From the NCBI GenBank assembly GCA_964016885.1, contig OZ024740.1, forward strand, positions 275,094,001 through 275,158,000: a stretch of DNA of 64,000 nucleotides. Direction: 5' to 3'. The notes beneath the pieces were generated by a model. That model was not told the DNA's origin and did no database searches. It saw only the letters and a program-made list of their open reading frames with translations. The DNA is from Eledone cirrhosa. Lineage: Eukaryota. A program made the position numbers and the translations under genes. Positions 26,664 through 40,172 of this stretch are shown piece after piece (positions within the stretch are counted from its first letter, which is position 1; every line of letters starts with the position of its first letter).

Positions 26664-27004
26664 TCCTTTGTCTGTGTTGAACAAATGAGCAACGTGGTTG
26701 CTAGACACTGTATGGATTAATTTGGGATGTTTGTTTACAAACACACCGAGCATTATAATAAATGTTCGGTGAATCCATACGTACATATATATATGTGTGC
26801 ATGTATGTATATATATATACATACTAATGTACGTCTGTATACATATATGTATGTACGTATACATACTTATATTTAAGTAACACCCATACTAAGAGTGAGA
26901 AATGAAATTTTGTTTCATTTTTTTCCGTTTATATATATATATATATATATGTATTTATGTATTTATATATATATTTATATATATATATGTATATATATAT
27001 ATCT

Positions 27005-28443
27005 TCATCATCATCATCATCATCATTCTACGTCCGTTCTTCCATGCTAGCATGGGTTAGACGGGTTGTGCTGTAGTGGGCAGTGTCTGGTCGACTGACC
27101 ATGCCTTGCTCATACAGGAACTGATTTTGGCTTGATTTCTACAGCTGGATGCCCTTCCTAACACCAACCTCATTTACAGTGAGTGCTGGGTACTTTTTCC
27201 ATGGCACCTACACGTCCACTTTACAGTGTGGGCTGGGTGTTTTTTTGCCGTGGCACCTCCACGACCATCTTGCAGTGGGAGAGTGTGGGGGCATATTGTC
27301 TATATGCTTCAGCTTGTACCCATGGGAGGTCGGGTACTCTGTATTATTGCGTGATGCCAGAGGTCACGGTCGTGTGTCATCGCCTTTGAGAGGTGTAATT
27401 GGGTAAGGTCGGCTTTAATCACCTCATCCCAGGTCTTTTGGTGTCTCCCCACTCCGCGGTTTCCATTGACTTCTAGTGCTCTGCACCTTTTTCTGCAGCT
27501 GTCATCCTTCATACGCATCACATGTCCATACCAATGCAACTGCCTCTCCTACAGACAGCATTTGATTCCTCTTATGCTCAGTCTCTCTCTCAATTCATTT
27601 ATCCTTTGTCGTTCGCGTTTATTACTATTACACATCCATCAGAGCATACAGGCTTTGTTTCTTTCTAATCTACGTAAGTCTTCCACCTTCAGCACCCAGG
27701 TCTCACTACCATGTAACATTGCTGTTTGGATTCACGCATCATACAGTCTGCCTTTCATTTTGAGGGAGAAGCCTTTTGCAGCTAGCAGTGGCAGTAGTTC
27801 CCTGAACTTCTTCCATCCCGTTCTTACCCTAGTTATTTTACTTTCTGAACACCCACTTCCGCTGCTAATTCGGTCACCTAGGTAGCAGAAGCTGCCTACT
27901 GTTTCTACAGAGCCCTCCCAGAGATTGGTGGTACTTGTTCCGTGTGGCTGTTTGCTGCTTGCTGTCCCAGCACAGCTGCTACATGTGAAGCCTACATTCT
28001 TAATTAAGCTTCCTGAGATCCTGCTACATCTCTTGTGTACCCATTGTTTGCATTTGGGGCAGAGGATGGAGTTCCTATCTACACCTTTCCTACATACTGA
28101 GCAAGGCCATTTCCCTGAGGGGATCTGGGTTCTGTTTTCTCATCTACTCACAAGGACCTTAGTCTTTGTCATGTTGACTTTGTGACACTTTCTTTCTTGT
28201 CCCTGCTTCCAAGTTTTGAATTTATTCTCTAGTTCTACCATAGATTCAGCTATAAGTGTTAGGTCATCAGCATACAGGAGTTCCCATGGGCATCCGGTCT
28301 CAAACTCCTCCGTTATTGCCTGCAGGACTATGCTGAACAGGAGAGGGCTAAGGACAGAGCCCTGGTGGACACCAACCTGTACGCTAAATTCGTCGCTATA
28401 CTCATTGCTAATCCTAACTTTACTGACTGCTCCCCTATACATG
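27005..28443 (-). mobile_element. RTE LINE family A, 5'-truncated and disabled
   Basis: [25 protein letters not shown]-like finger, RTE C-terminus, 3'UTR, (TCA)n tail; stops present; flanked by TA runs. Confidence 0.93.
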
Positions 28444-28543
28444 GATATGTATATATATATGTATATATATATGTATATATATATATATATTTATATATGT
28501 ATATATGTATGTATATATATATATATGGATATATGTATATATG

Positions 28544-28593
<50 letters not shown>

Positions 28594-28717
28594 GATATAT
28601 ATATATATATATATATATGTGTATATATATATATATATGTATATATATATGTATATATATATTATCAATACAGATGAAAATTTAAGCAAAGTATCGCTAC
28701 TTTCACCCTCTTTTGTA

Positions 28718-28899
28718 ATAATTGTTTCTACTTTTGGCACAAGGCCAGCAATTACCCAGTGCATTATTGGTACTTTATTTTATCGACCCCGTAAGGATGT
28801 AAGGGAAAGTTAACCTCGGCAGGATTTGAACTCAGATCAGAAAGGGGCGTAACTCTGTGCTACAAAGCATGTTGTCCGATCCTCTACCAATACTGCCAA
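28718..28899 (-). mobile_element. SINE (second lineage), near full length
   Basis: Body as at 16680 plus tRNA-like head with B box GAGTTCAAATCC on the minus strand. Confidence 0.85.
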
Positions 28900-29091
28900 G
28901 TAATAATAAACTTTAATCTGTACTAATAATAAATACTTGCTCTACGGATTTATATATATATTTTTATTATAAATATATAAAATCCTTATCGGGCCCTCTT
29001 TGAATTTTGATCTTCGTAGTAATTATATATATATGTTTATGTGTGTGCATCTGTGTGTGTATCCCGGGTTTAATTGGGGGTAACGACAGTA

Positions 29092-29190
<99 letters not shown>

Positions 29191-30045
29191 TCTCTTTCTC
29201 TCTCTTTATATATATATAGAGAGAGATATATAGATATACACACATATATATGTACACATATATATAATGTTCACTTTAGCACTATACACACATGTGATTT
29301 GTACAATTTGAATTGTGTATATATATACACACTGAATATGCAAAATAATTATTTTGCATGCTTGGTATTGTCTGTATGTATTTATGTATGCATGTGTATG
29401 TATGAATGTATGCATGTGTGTCTGCATGTTAATATGTATGTATGAAGGATAACAAGGATACTTTTGTTTGCTTGTTTGTTGTAGTTTTTCTTAAATCTCC
29501 TGTTTATAGCAGTCATGTTCCCCCAGTAGCCTTTCACGAGAAGTTTAAAACTAATTTCCTCAATTCAATTAGCCAAAGGCATAAGGCACCCACAATTACA
29601 CACACCGACACATGTGCACAAAGACACACACACATCTATGCATGTATACATATATATATAAATTTAAAAAATATTGTAAAATAAGTATCTAATGCACAAA
29701 GAAGATCAACTGTAATTGTATGATCCAAATAAATAAATTATTCTAAATAAATGAATAAACGGTAAATAAATATGTACTTTTTTCTTTTTTTGCCTATGTA
29801 TATAAAAGTGTGCATTCCTTAAAACTGTTATAAATCCTACTTCCTTTGCATAAACATATATAGACAAACATATATACATGCCATATATATATATTTATAT
29901 ATGCGTACATATTTGTATGTATGTATATATATTTACATAGATGTATATATGTGTGTATATATTTGTATGTATGTATATATATTTACATATATATATATAT
30001 ATATGTATGTGCGTGTGTAATATATATATATATTATATATGTGTG

Positions 30046-30119
<74 letters not shown>

Positions 30120-30433
30120 ACAAATATATTTATATATGTACATATATATAAATATAATTTACATACTTATAACCACAATGCAGCATTAAGCACTCTAAAT
30201 GTTTTTGTCTGAAAATTCATTAAACTCTACGCACACCATGTGTGTAGAGGCAGGCAGGCATTTCTTAAATTCTACTTTTTTTTCTATATTTTATCCTCAA
30301 CCACTTAATTCCTCACATACACGCATTTTATACTCATCGTTTTGTGTGTAAAACCTTACAGCAAAGTGCCCAATAAATAAATATATATGTGTGTGTGTAT
30401 GAGCATGTGTATGTATATATATGTATGTATATA

Positions 30434-30497
<64 letters not shown>

Positions 30498-31264
30498 TAT
30501 ATATATATATAGGTATATATATATATATATATGCGTAGATATATGTACCGGTGTATGTATAGTTGTCGAGTGCTTTGCTGTAAGGTTTTACACTAAAGAA
30601 GACAGTATTTTGAAATTCCATTTTGAATTGCTTGTACTAACCTTTCGTTCCAATTTGTGTTTTATATATCTATCATCATCATCGTCATCATTTAACATGA
30701 TATATATGTGTGATGTTATGTTTAATATGTATGCCATGATTTGTCTTTGTGTGTCACTTTATTTTACATTTAAAATTGTATTGTGACTGTATATTTGATA
30801 AAATTCAATGTATTATATTCAAATTTATTAAGCTCTTTGGTAAACTTGCACAAAAAATGTATGCTTATTGTACTTATGAATAATTTATTAAAACGAAATT
30901 GGTTGTTTTTTCAATAATATTCGTGATATAAATGTATCAATAAATGTGGTCAATGTCAGAATCATTTCAGCATTGGAGAAAATGCTACCAGGTTGTTCAC
31001 ATATATCCATGGTCAATGTTGCCTTTCATTCTTTTAGTGTTGATAAAATAATGTATCAGTCAAGTTTCAAGTCTTATATAATTGACATACCTCTACACAC
31101 AAAATTTCTGGCTTTGTAAATATCACAGAACCAATTATTTTTATATCAGAGTGAAACATTGATGGAACTATGCACTAAATATTTTAATTTCACATCTATG
31201 TTCTGAAAGTCTTGCAAAAAATCTTTGGTTTTCATATCACTGTGATCAATAAACATTTGTTTTA

Positions 31265-31590
31265 TGGCACTCCGTCGGTTACGACGAAGTGTATTCCAGT
31301 TGATACAATCAATGGAACAGCCTTCTCATCAAATTAAAGGGGGAATGGCTGAGCATTCCATAGACATGCATATACTCTTAACGTAGTTCTCAGGGAGATT
31401 CAGCATGACACAGAATATGGCAAAGCTGGCTCTTCAAATTACAGGTACAACTCATTTTTGCCAGCTGAGTGGACTGGAGCAATGTGAAATAAAGTGTCTT
31501 GCTCAAGGACACAATGCGCTGCTGGGAATCAAACTCACGACTTTACAATTGTGAGCCAAATACCCTAACTACAAAGCCATGCTTCTTCAC
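31265..31590 (-). mobile_element. CORE-type SINE, second body type
   Basis: Shares tRNA head and CORE-like GCAATGTGAAATAAAGTGTCTTGCTCAAGGA with 25810-25840 but has a different 3' body; relatives at 4668, ~59040-59280 and 61455-61820. Confidence 0.8.
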
Positions 31591-32919
31591 TAAATATCAG
31601 TAATATATCAAAGATTCAATTATTGTATATACTCGAATATGAAGTGACCCCTCTCTGTTTTATGTCTTAGAAATGAGCAAAAATCTGAGCCCCATTTATT
31701 AGCCATGGCAACTAATCAACACTATATTTTCAGATGGCGAATATAAGCTGACCCCCCACCATTTTAACATCGATTTTTGGTCACATTCTCCTTGGTTTAT
31801 ATTCAAGTGTATATGGTAATTGTGGCTCTTTTCTAAACAGAGCTTTACAGGGACATGTCAGTAAAATAGCAGACATTATAGAGTTGAGTGTGTTGACTTT
31901 GATATTTCTCTTTATAGATCTGATAATCTAATTGTTTTTAATTTACGCACAGGTCCCAGCAAATTGGGGGAGAGGGATAGTCAATTATATCAACCCAGTA
32001 CTTGACTTGACTGGTATTTTATTGTTCTGAAGGATGACTGTCAAAATTAGTCTTAATTGGATGTGGACACAGAATGTAAATAGTTGGATCTGAGGAAAAT
32101 AAGACCATCGATAAACTGTGGTTAACTGAATATCTTCACTGAGTTGTGTGATTTTGTGTCAATATGAGAAATATATTAATATCCAGCTCTGTACTGAGCA
32201 TAACCCTGAAATCATTTGTATCAAAGAAAGGAACATATCGTTGTTATAATCAAATGGCACCAGTTGCTGTTAAGTCATATGAATGGGAAGACAAGCATTC
32301 ACACACATATGCACACATAATTATATATATATACATACATACATATATATATGCACACACACATACAAATGCAATTGGTCTGTCTAGCAAACTTCATTCC
32401 TGAGGCTATGGTAGAACACAATTGCATGATGTTCCATGCAGTAGGATCAAACTTGAAACATATGAAACATAGTTACAAAATGAACTTTTTTATCCTCACA
32501 GCCATGTCTGCACTTATATCATGTAATTAAATACATATAGCATATTATATGGCCTTATAGTACTGTTACAAACGTCTGTAGGTGTAAATAAGTACAATAG
32601 CAAAGTACAGCTTACTGTTGAAAGGTCATTTTATCTGTTATCAAAGTTATCCAATACTTCATGTAGAACTGATCCTGATTTGTTTTTTATATACTAGCTG
32701 AAGAAAAGCATTTTAAATGGTAAATTATATAAGCTTAATAAATTATGATATTCTCTCATTTATAATTTTCTGTGTTGAAGTCAAGTCAAATATTTGTTTT
32801 TAATACAGCTATAATGAAAATATGTAAAAGTATCAATGTTAAAGCAACTACAGTGTTACTCACTCAAACTTCTGGAAAGAACAGCTAAATCTCCCTCACA
32901 TCACATTTGGTCATTTTAG

Positions 32920-33127
32920 CCCTTTCGTATTTAAACTGGCCTTATCCAGCTAGAATTCTCTAACCTCTTCCTATTGAAACCGGATGTAGCCAGCCACTCA
33001 TACTGATGTTAGGGTATTGTTCTCACAATAAATAACAACATCATCAAAATCTCGTAGATTTGATATTATATAAGATAAGGCCTTTATCTTGAAAATGCAA
33101 TAGTAGAGTAATGAAAATGCTAAAGGA
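32920..33127. mobile_element. piggyBac-type MITE (~210 bp)
   Basis: Ends TTAG-CCCTTTCGTATTT ... AAATGCTAAAGGA-TTAA; second copy at 40173-40530. Confidence 0.65.
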
Positions 33128-33331
33128 TTAAATGTGACACAGGTAATGAAAACATATTTTTCATTTGTCATTCATGAAAAGAACCATTTTATTTATTCTT
33201 CTGAAATTCTTTCTGAAAATAATATTCTACTATTATTTGTATACTATAGAGCATATGATAGTTTGATGGCAAATGAAGACTATTACCCAGTTTTCAGTCC
33301 CAATTAAAACTGATTTCACTCCATTTATTAC

Positions 33332-33456
33332 AAATTTGAAAAGAAGGAAATGGAGTGTTAATACATGCTTTTTTTCCCCTGTGAATATTTATTACATGAA
33401 TATTCACAGGGGAAAAAAAGCATGTATTAACACTCCATTTCCTTCTTTTCAAATTT
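33332..33456. repeat. Perfect 58-bp inverted repeat with 9-nt spacer
   Basis: 33332-33389 is the exact reverse complement of 33399-33456. Confidence 0.95.
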
Positions 33457-33654
33457 CTATCAAAAGAAATTAATACATTATAAATCATGTCATATTGTAC
33501 AGTTGTACATATTGTTTTAAGTAAATCATAAAAATCTGATTAAGAGAAAGCATGAAAGATTCAGAGAGAAAAAACAAAATTGTTCAAATTAAGAGTTACA
33601 CCTAAAGTTTATCACAATTTATTAAAGAAGAGATAAGATTATATAAATAATCAT

Positions 33655-33836
33655 AGGCCAGTAGAGCATGGAACAACGGCCCTTTATGTTCTGAGTTCAA
33701 ATCCTTTCGAGTTTAGTATTGCCTTTCATCCTTATGAGGTCAATAAAATAAAGTACCAGTAATGAACTCAGGTCGATTTAAACGACTTTCCCCTTCCCCA
33801 AAATTGTAGGCCTTGTACCAAAATCAGAAACCATTA
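33655..33836 (+). mobile_element. Older subfamily of the second SINE lineage
   Basis: CTGAGTTCAAATCC, TTGCCTTTCATCCTTATGAGGTCAATAAAATAAAGTACCAG, and an extra GTCGATTTAAACGACTTTCCCC segment. Confidence 0.75.
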
Positions 33837-36525
33837 TGTAATTATGACATTGTGTGTCATACAAAAAAGTGTAAGTGTCCGCATGTTGCCTGAGAGCTGC
33901 AGGCTGGCTATGTATGTTATAAATATTATGACATGTCCTAATCCAGAGAGAAAAATCCTCTGTATTTTACTGTGAAAAAGAAAGGATCATGATCTGGTAT
34001 TGAAACCAGTATCACTAACAAAGTGTTGGTTCTAGTTGAAGCCAATTCATTTCACTTACACTGTTAATTCTCTTCAGAAAGGCATGAGAACCACAACCAT
34101 AACTATGAAGTGATATTTTTAATCGAAAGAAATCATTAATATTCCATGATCTATTGGCACCTAAAGGATAGATATTTAGATATTTGTTAAAGTTGCATTT
34201 CTAAGTGATATGTGAAAAGGTGGAATAAATGTTGTTTATTCATCAGCAATAATAGTGTTGAATCAATGCCAAAATGGATCCAATATGAAAACCCATGTTA
34301 CTTTGTTTCCATTTTTCCCTGTGACAATTTCATTGCCAGACTTTAATTGTTTACATCACTTCCATTCTTCCTGCCGTCTCCTACTTTGATTTCATCTTCA
34401 GCAGAAGAGCTTTTCACCCCAGACCACATCACACTTCTTCATCTGCTAGAACATATTCAACACTAAAGGGAAAACAAAAGCTGGCAAGTTATTCTATTCT
34501 CTTCACTTCCACCACCACCATTATCATCATCACCATACTACTACTACTACTTCCATTAACTGCTACACATTCACCAATTGATTATAACCATCATTATTTT
34601 CACCATCGCCTATAAACCCTTACAACCCTTGTCATTATCACCACATCACCACCATCATGCCCTCAAGCACAAGAATGTATATCACCACTACTGCCATCCT
34701 CACTTTAAAAACTTTAGTTGCTATTGGTAACAATCACATAGCCAGCATTATTAAACTTTTGCATCTATGAAGAACAACAAACCACATCCGTTATCTAATT
34801 CTTCATTTCCCACCACACTCATTACTGTCACTTTAACCCATACTTTCACCAACACCAGCTCAACTATTGGACTACCTACAGTAACACATCTATTTATAAA
34901 AATACTGTGTAGACCCAATACATTTTACAAATGCTGCATGTGTGTTTGTGTGTGTGTTTGTGTTTGTGTCTGTCTGTGTGTGTGTTTGGGTCTGTGTGTT
35001 TGTGTCTGTGTTTTTGTGTGAGGTGGATAGAGAGAATAAATAAAAGAATAAATTTAAGTATCAGGTTTTCATCAAGGGTTATTGCTACAAACCCCTTACT
35101 GTGGGTTGGCTTGGTGCCTGGCTATTACTCACAGCTGGACATCTAAGTCCTTCTGTTCTTCACACCCTGTATCTTTCATTGATCTCTGATGACAATGAAT
35201 GAAGAACTGAACAGCAGCTGATAGGAAATAACTGGCCATTTTGTAATGCCAACTTTTCTTTGAATAAAATCTATAGAACAATATTCTTTTGTTTTCCTTT
35301 TTTTACTTTCAGAATTTGTAAAAGTAACTTAGAGCTGAAAGATTTTAAAAGTGTTTAGGTTAGATGGTTCAAAAGCTTCATGAGGTTAGATTCTGCCACA
35401 AACACTGCATCTGTAACTGGCACCAGTATTAAATTGTTGTTCTTTTTATATGTTGTTATTGTAGTAAATTAATGTCTGGGAAATGTTGTGTTGCCTGTTA
35501 CTAATTTGTGACAAATGCATTCAAAACAAAAGCTCATTATAACATATGTGTAATCACAGCTAACATGAGACAAGTGAACATCTACTAGAAAGAGCAGCAA
35601 CATTTTCAAATTACATTTTATAGTCTTAGAAAAGTAACCCCAAGGACTGGATATGAACTGTCAAACTTTCAGGCCAGAGCCTTATCAACTTTACCAGTTG
35701 TATCTCAACACTTGAACCATCTTATCTGCTAATAAGTGCGTTACTATAAAATTAAACTAACCTATCTCCATCAACCATCATAAACTTGCTGAATTCAAAG
35801 AAGCTATAGAATGCACTACTTTGCCCATAAGGTGTTTGTAAGTATATTTGACTCAGTTAAATGTTATTCTCAAAGCACAGTAAAAGAGCATTAAAATATT
35901 TAAATTTTATTTCAATCTTTTCATTTTTAAGGAAAATATGAATAGTAAATGTAAATCTACTAATGCTGTTTTAAGTAGTATAAAATCTTGTAATAATTGT
36001 GATGTTTTACATGAGCAAATATTTGCATATTTTGAGGAATTTAATTGTTTAAATCAACTCCAGCATGTAGTTATTTTATATCCAAATTTGTGATCAATAA
36101 TGTCCTTTTAATGTTAACTTAAGTAAATCTTCGCTGGTTTCTACAATATTATCTTGTGTGTGGGGGACATCAACGTGTAAACAAAAGGGAAAAGTTATAA
36201 TTAATATCAACCACCAACACTCTTATTTTCACATGGCTTAAATTGTTTGTCTTTTATATGAAACAATGTAAAGTTTATCACCAACAGAAGAAATATTTAC
36301 TTAAACTGTTTATCACAGACCATATCACTATTGATAATTTTACCATTGGTAGTTCCCATGCCACTAAGATAAAGAAGATAATCCAAAACAATTCACACTA
36401 TTTCTTGAACACAGAGCAGTCTAAGGTGTTAGGTATTTATATGTATCAGGATCCAATTAAAAACACAAATAGTTGAGTATAGGATATTTGAACTATTAAT
36501 TACAGATCTGAAAATTCATTTAGTG

Positions 36526-36882
36526 CTATATGATCCAATTCAATCTAATCCAGGGCCTTATCACTCCTGTTGGAGAAATCTCTTCCTGGTTGACCTCCAC
36601 CACTTTCTGTTTGGTTTTGATTATGTCAGGGGTGTAGGCGTACTCACCAAGCTGCTTGACCAATTGTGGGTTGGTGAGGCTATTGAACATGTAGTTAGGG
36701 TTGATGGACATTGTCTCTGTGGAGTTAATCTCCTCTTTTAACAGCTCTTGTGCTGCTGGGGTTCCATTTATCCTCATCACCATATCAACATTTGCTGGGG
36801 GAGCTAGTTTAACCATTGACCACTCGACTATGAAGTGGGTTGAACTGGGATACATTGTACCAGTAGCAGGTAAATGCCTGAC
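36526..36882 (-). CDS. Putative terminal coding exon of an unidentified host gene (118 aa plus stop)
   Basis: Non-repetitive open frame VRHLPATGTMYPSSTHFIVEWSMVKLAPP..RPWIRLNWII*; begins right after acceptor-like TTTGATTACATCAG with an in-frame TGA just upstream; balanced amino-acid composition; AATAAA on the minus strand near 35906-35911. Confidence 0.6.
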   Translation of the reverse strand, partial: VRHLPATGTMYPSSTHFIVEWSMVKLAPPANVDMVMRINGTPAAQELLKEEINSTETMSINPNYMFNSLTNPQLVKQLGEYAYTPDIIKTKQKVVEVNQEEISPTGVIRPWIRLNWII

Positions 36883-39374
36883 CTGATGTAATCAAAGGGT
36901 AGCAATTTCAAATAACTCTAAGTAGCAGAATAACTATAAAATTGATGAATTCATTTCACTTTTTAACTTGAACTATTGGCGCTTTACCATAGTTAAGCAA
37001 ACTTATATTCAAAGACAGTCTAGCAGTCACCATCCTATCTTTTTCCAAGATATATTGCATGTATATTATCCACGTGTCCATCTTTTCTAAGATGACATAG
37101 TGTAATTTGAGAGAAATTTCACTGCTATAACTAGCAGATTGATTAACAATGTTGAAACTTTTCAGTTCAACTGTTGTTTATCCCTGAGTTAATCCTGATT
37201 GAATAGACCTATGATCAAAGTCATTTCAGCTATGATCATTGTGTTTTTGTATATCTAGGATTACATTGTCCAGTTTGTCCTTAGATTTGCTTTTAAGACA
37301 ATACGATATATTCAGAGACTGACTTAGAAGGACTAGTGGATATGTTGAGCCGCTTTCAGTCCACTTGTTTATTTCTATGGGTGCCAGCTTGAAGAAGGAT
37401 GAATTCAGCTAGACTGAGTATCCTGGGATACATTACATGTTGACAGTCTTGATTGGAGCCTTTATGGTTCAATGACTTTATAGAACTAATGCATATTTCA
37501 CTTCCATATAATGTCTACCAAAAATACAACTAGCATTCTGAAACAACCTTTGATAAACAAATTCAAAAGCACTGATAATAGGCATCATCATCATCAGCTG
37601 TATCGTTATAATTCCTATTATTGTTTTAATAGTGAAGATGTCTCTGCTGATGCTGATGCAAATGTTTTTGTTTGTTTGTTTTTGTTTGTATAGCCTATAT
37701 ATATTTACTGGCATAGACCAAAAATGGTGGTGGTGATGATGATGATAACAAAGTTGTGCATGATGTGCTTTTGCAATGACCAGTCATAAACTTTCAACTC
37801 CAGCCATGGGCCTGCATCGAATAAAAACACCATACATACCCCCTACACACGCACACTCATATACATGTGTATGAGAGAAGCAGGCAGGCAGATAGAAAGA
37901 AAAAGAAATAATGGAAAGGGAGAATGTTAGAGAGAGTGAATGAGATGTGTGCATGTGTGGGGTGTGAGAGAGTGAGAGAGAGATAGATTAGGCTGACAGA
38001 GAAATAAATTGTGTTGGAGTGAAGAAAAAGATACAGAGAATGATGGGGTGGGAGGAGAAAAAGGAGGGTGAAAAAGAGTGATGATATTATTCAGAGGAGA
38101 ACTGAAGTAAAGGACAAACAAGCTGATGATTTATGTCTAAAGAAGAAAGAATATAGTCTGGCATTCTGGTGGTGATGGGAATGGTGGAATGGCAGGCCCA
38201 GTGGCAGAAACGGTTCACCAATATCTCAACTCAAGAATTCTTTATAGTTTTTCAGTTAGTGTTGTGTTGTGTTCTGAGCTTGTGATTGGTTGGCTGGTTG
38301 TTTGTTGAAGCTGTTATATGGTGGTGGTCATGGTGGATGTAATGGTGATAAGTTTTGTTGTATAATGTTGTACTATGTTTTTGTTTTTATTACTGTTGTT
38401 TTATGTTTTTGTTGGGCTCATGCAACTGCCAGAAACAAACATTCTGTCCATATACAAAAAAAAAAAAGGGAAATCTCTAGAAAAATATCCATCCAACAGA
38501 AGGACAAGCCTACACTCTTTGATACACTCCAGCCACTATCCCACTGTCATTTGTCCGCCTCCTGCTCTTCATCCAATTTCTCCTACTATTACTATAGTAA
38601 TTTATGTTCCCTTGAATATAACACTCCCACTACCCAATGTTCCATGATGATGCACAGTCTCTTCTCTTCTTGTGTTCCATACCATTAGATCCCTACCTTT
38701 AGACTCTATTTTAAGTACTATTACCCATTCTTCCCTCTCTAGAAATGGATATCCCTCCATTCTTGTACATTGTTTTGCAAGGCATTGAGGGAGCATGTAT
38801 ATAGTTTTTCAATCTGCTAGAAATATTTGTCAAATCTCCTGATATCACACCTTACAATTCAGTGTATCTGACAAAAAGATGAGATGGTCACAACATGAAT
38901 CCTTTTGATCATAAGGTTGAAATGGAGCAAAACAAAACAGCACTACCAACAACAGTCTGCAACAGCTATAACAATTATTTTCATCTCTGATGCAAACGAC
39001 AACAAAGTCCTACTGTGGTATATTGAATTTGTAATTGATTGTTTTATTGTTATAACTATCTATATGAGGAACCTGGAATTGACTCAGATTTTGGTGGAGT
39101 GAAGATAGTGGTCTTTATTTACAGGTGTGTTCCTTATAGTGATTTCTGATCATTGTTGTAATTAAGTATATGGGCAAGTGAATGTTGTGGTTGTTTAAAT
39201 CCAACTCAAACTTGATCAAGCAAACCTTTGATCAAATGCTATGACCATTCAGTCTCTATTTCAAACATATTATCCAATCTCTTTCATTTTTACGACTGTA
39301 ATGAAATTTGGCTGCTATTTCTAGAAACATTCCTCATTAGTTCATGGTGAGCATTGGGCAGCATTATTCAATGT

Positions 39375-39520
39375 GGCAGCATAGAGTTATGGTCATTTAC
39401 GTTCTGAGTTCAAATCCTGCCAGGTTTAACTTTGCCTTTCATCCTTATGGGGTTGATAAAATAAAGTACCAGTAATGCCCTGGAGTAATTGCTGGCCTTG
39501 TGCCAAAAGTATAAACAACT
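39375..39520 (+). mobile_element. SINE (second lineage)
   Basis: CTGAGTTCAAATCCTGCC..TTTGCCTTTCATCCTTATGGGGTTGATAAAATAAAGTACCAG..GGCCTTGTGCCAAAAG. Confidence 0.8.
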
Positions 39521-39612
39521 ATTTAATGTGGCTGCAATTGCTAGTGATGCAGCAGATAAAATAACCTTCAAATGCTTATATATTGTTTTATTATTTGTAG
39601 TAGATATTATTG

Positions 39613-40022
39613 AAGGTGCATGGCTTAGTGGTTAGAGCGCTGGTCTTGCAATCGAAAGGTTGTGAGTTCAATTCTCGGACCAGGTGAGGTGTTGTTTCCT
39701 GGAGCAAGACACATTATTCACATTTCTCCAGTTTACTCAGCTGTAGAAATGAGATGATAGGACTGGGGTCCCTATCATTCCACTGCAAAGTGGTCATGGA
39801 GGTGCCACAGCAAAAAAGCACCCAGCCCACACTGTAAAGTGGACGTGTAGGCGCCATGGAGAAAAAGCACCCAGCACTCACTGTAAATGAGGTTGGTGTT
39901 AGGAAGGGCATCCAGCTGTAGAAATCAAGCCAGAATCAGTTCCCGTATGAGCAAGACAAGGTCAGCCGACCGGACACTGCCACAACAGGGCAACCCATCT
40001 AAACGGTGATAATGATGATGAT
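39613..40022 (+). mobile_element. tRNA/CORE SINE with RTE-A tail, near full length
   Basis: Head GAAGGTGCATGGCTTAGTGGTTAGAGCG..GAGTTCAATTC; body as in 522-790; tail CCCGTATGAGCAAG..GACACTGCC as in RTE A (12780-12840). Confidence 0.87.
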
Positions 40023-40172
40023 TGTTGTTTAGCCCCAGATCAGCTTTAATTGGGAAAGCCCATGATCAAAGGTCTTCTTGTCAGCAGACCTAGCTATTTT
40101 TCAGGTTTCATGCATTCAGCCCTACATTTCCTAATAAGATCAGTATTTTTCAAACTGTAGAAAGAAATTTAA

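Larger units (their letters stand above)
26012..26930. mobile_element. Retrozyme/PLE-like non-coding element: inverted partial monomer plus ~1.3 tandem monomers of ~428 bp
   Basis: 26358-26500 is repeated at 26786-26930 (offset 428); 26012-26354 is the reverse complement of 26524-26861; flanked by TA runs; carries a hammerhead motif. Confidence 0.75.

Noticed and set aside
38290-38688. 132-aa ORF
   Set aside because: Low-complexity composition, contains a poly-A run, no splice or homology support
39613-39690. tRNA gene
   Set aside because: A/B boxes are present but continue directly into the SINE body; no complete cloverleaf, so it is a SINE head
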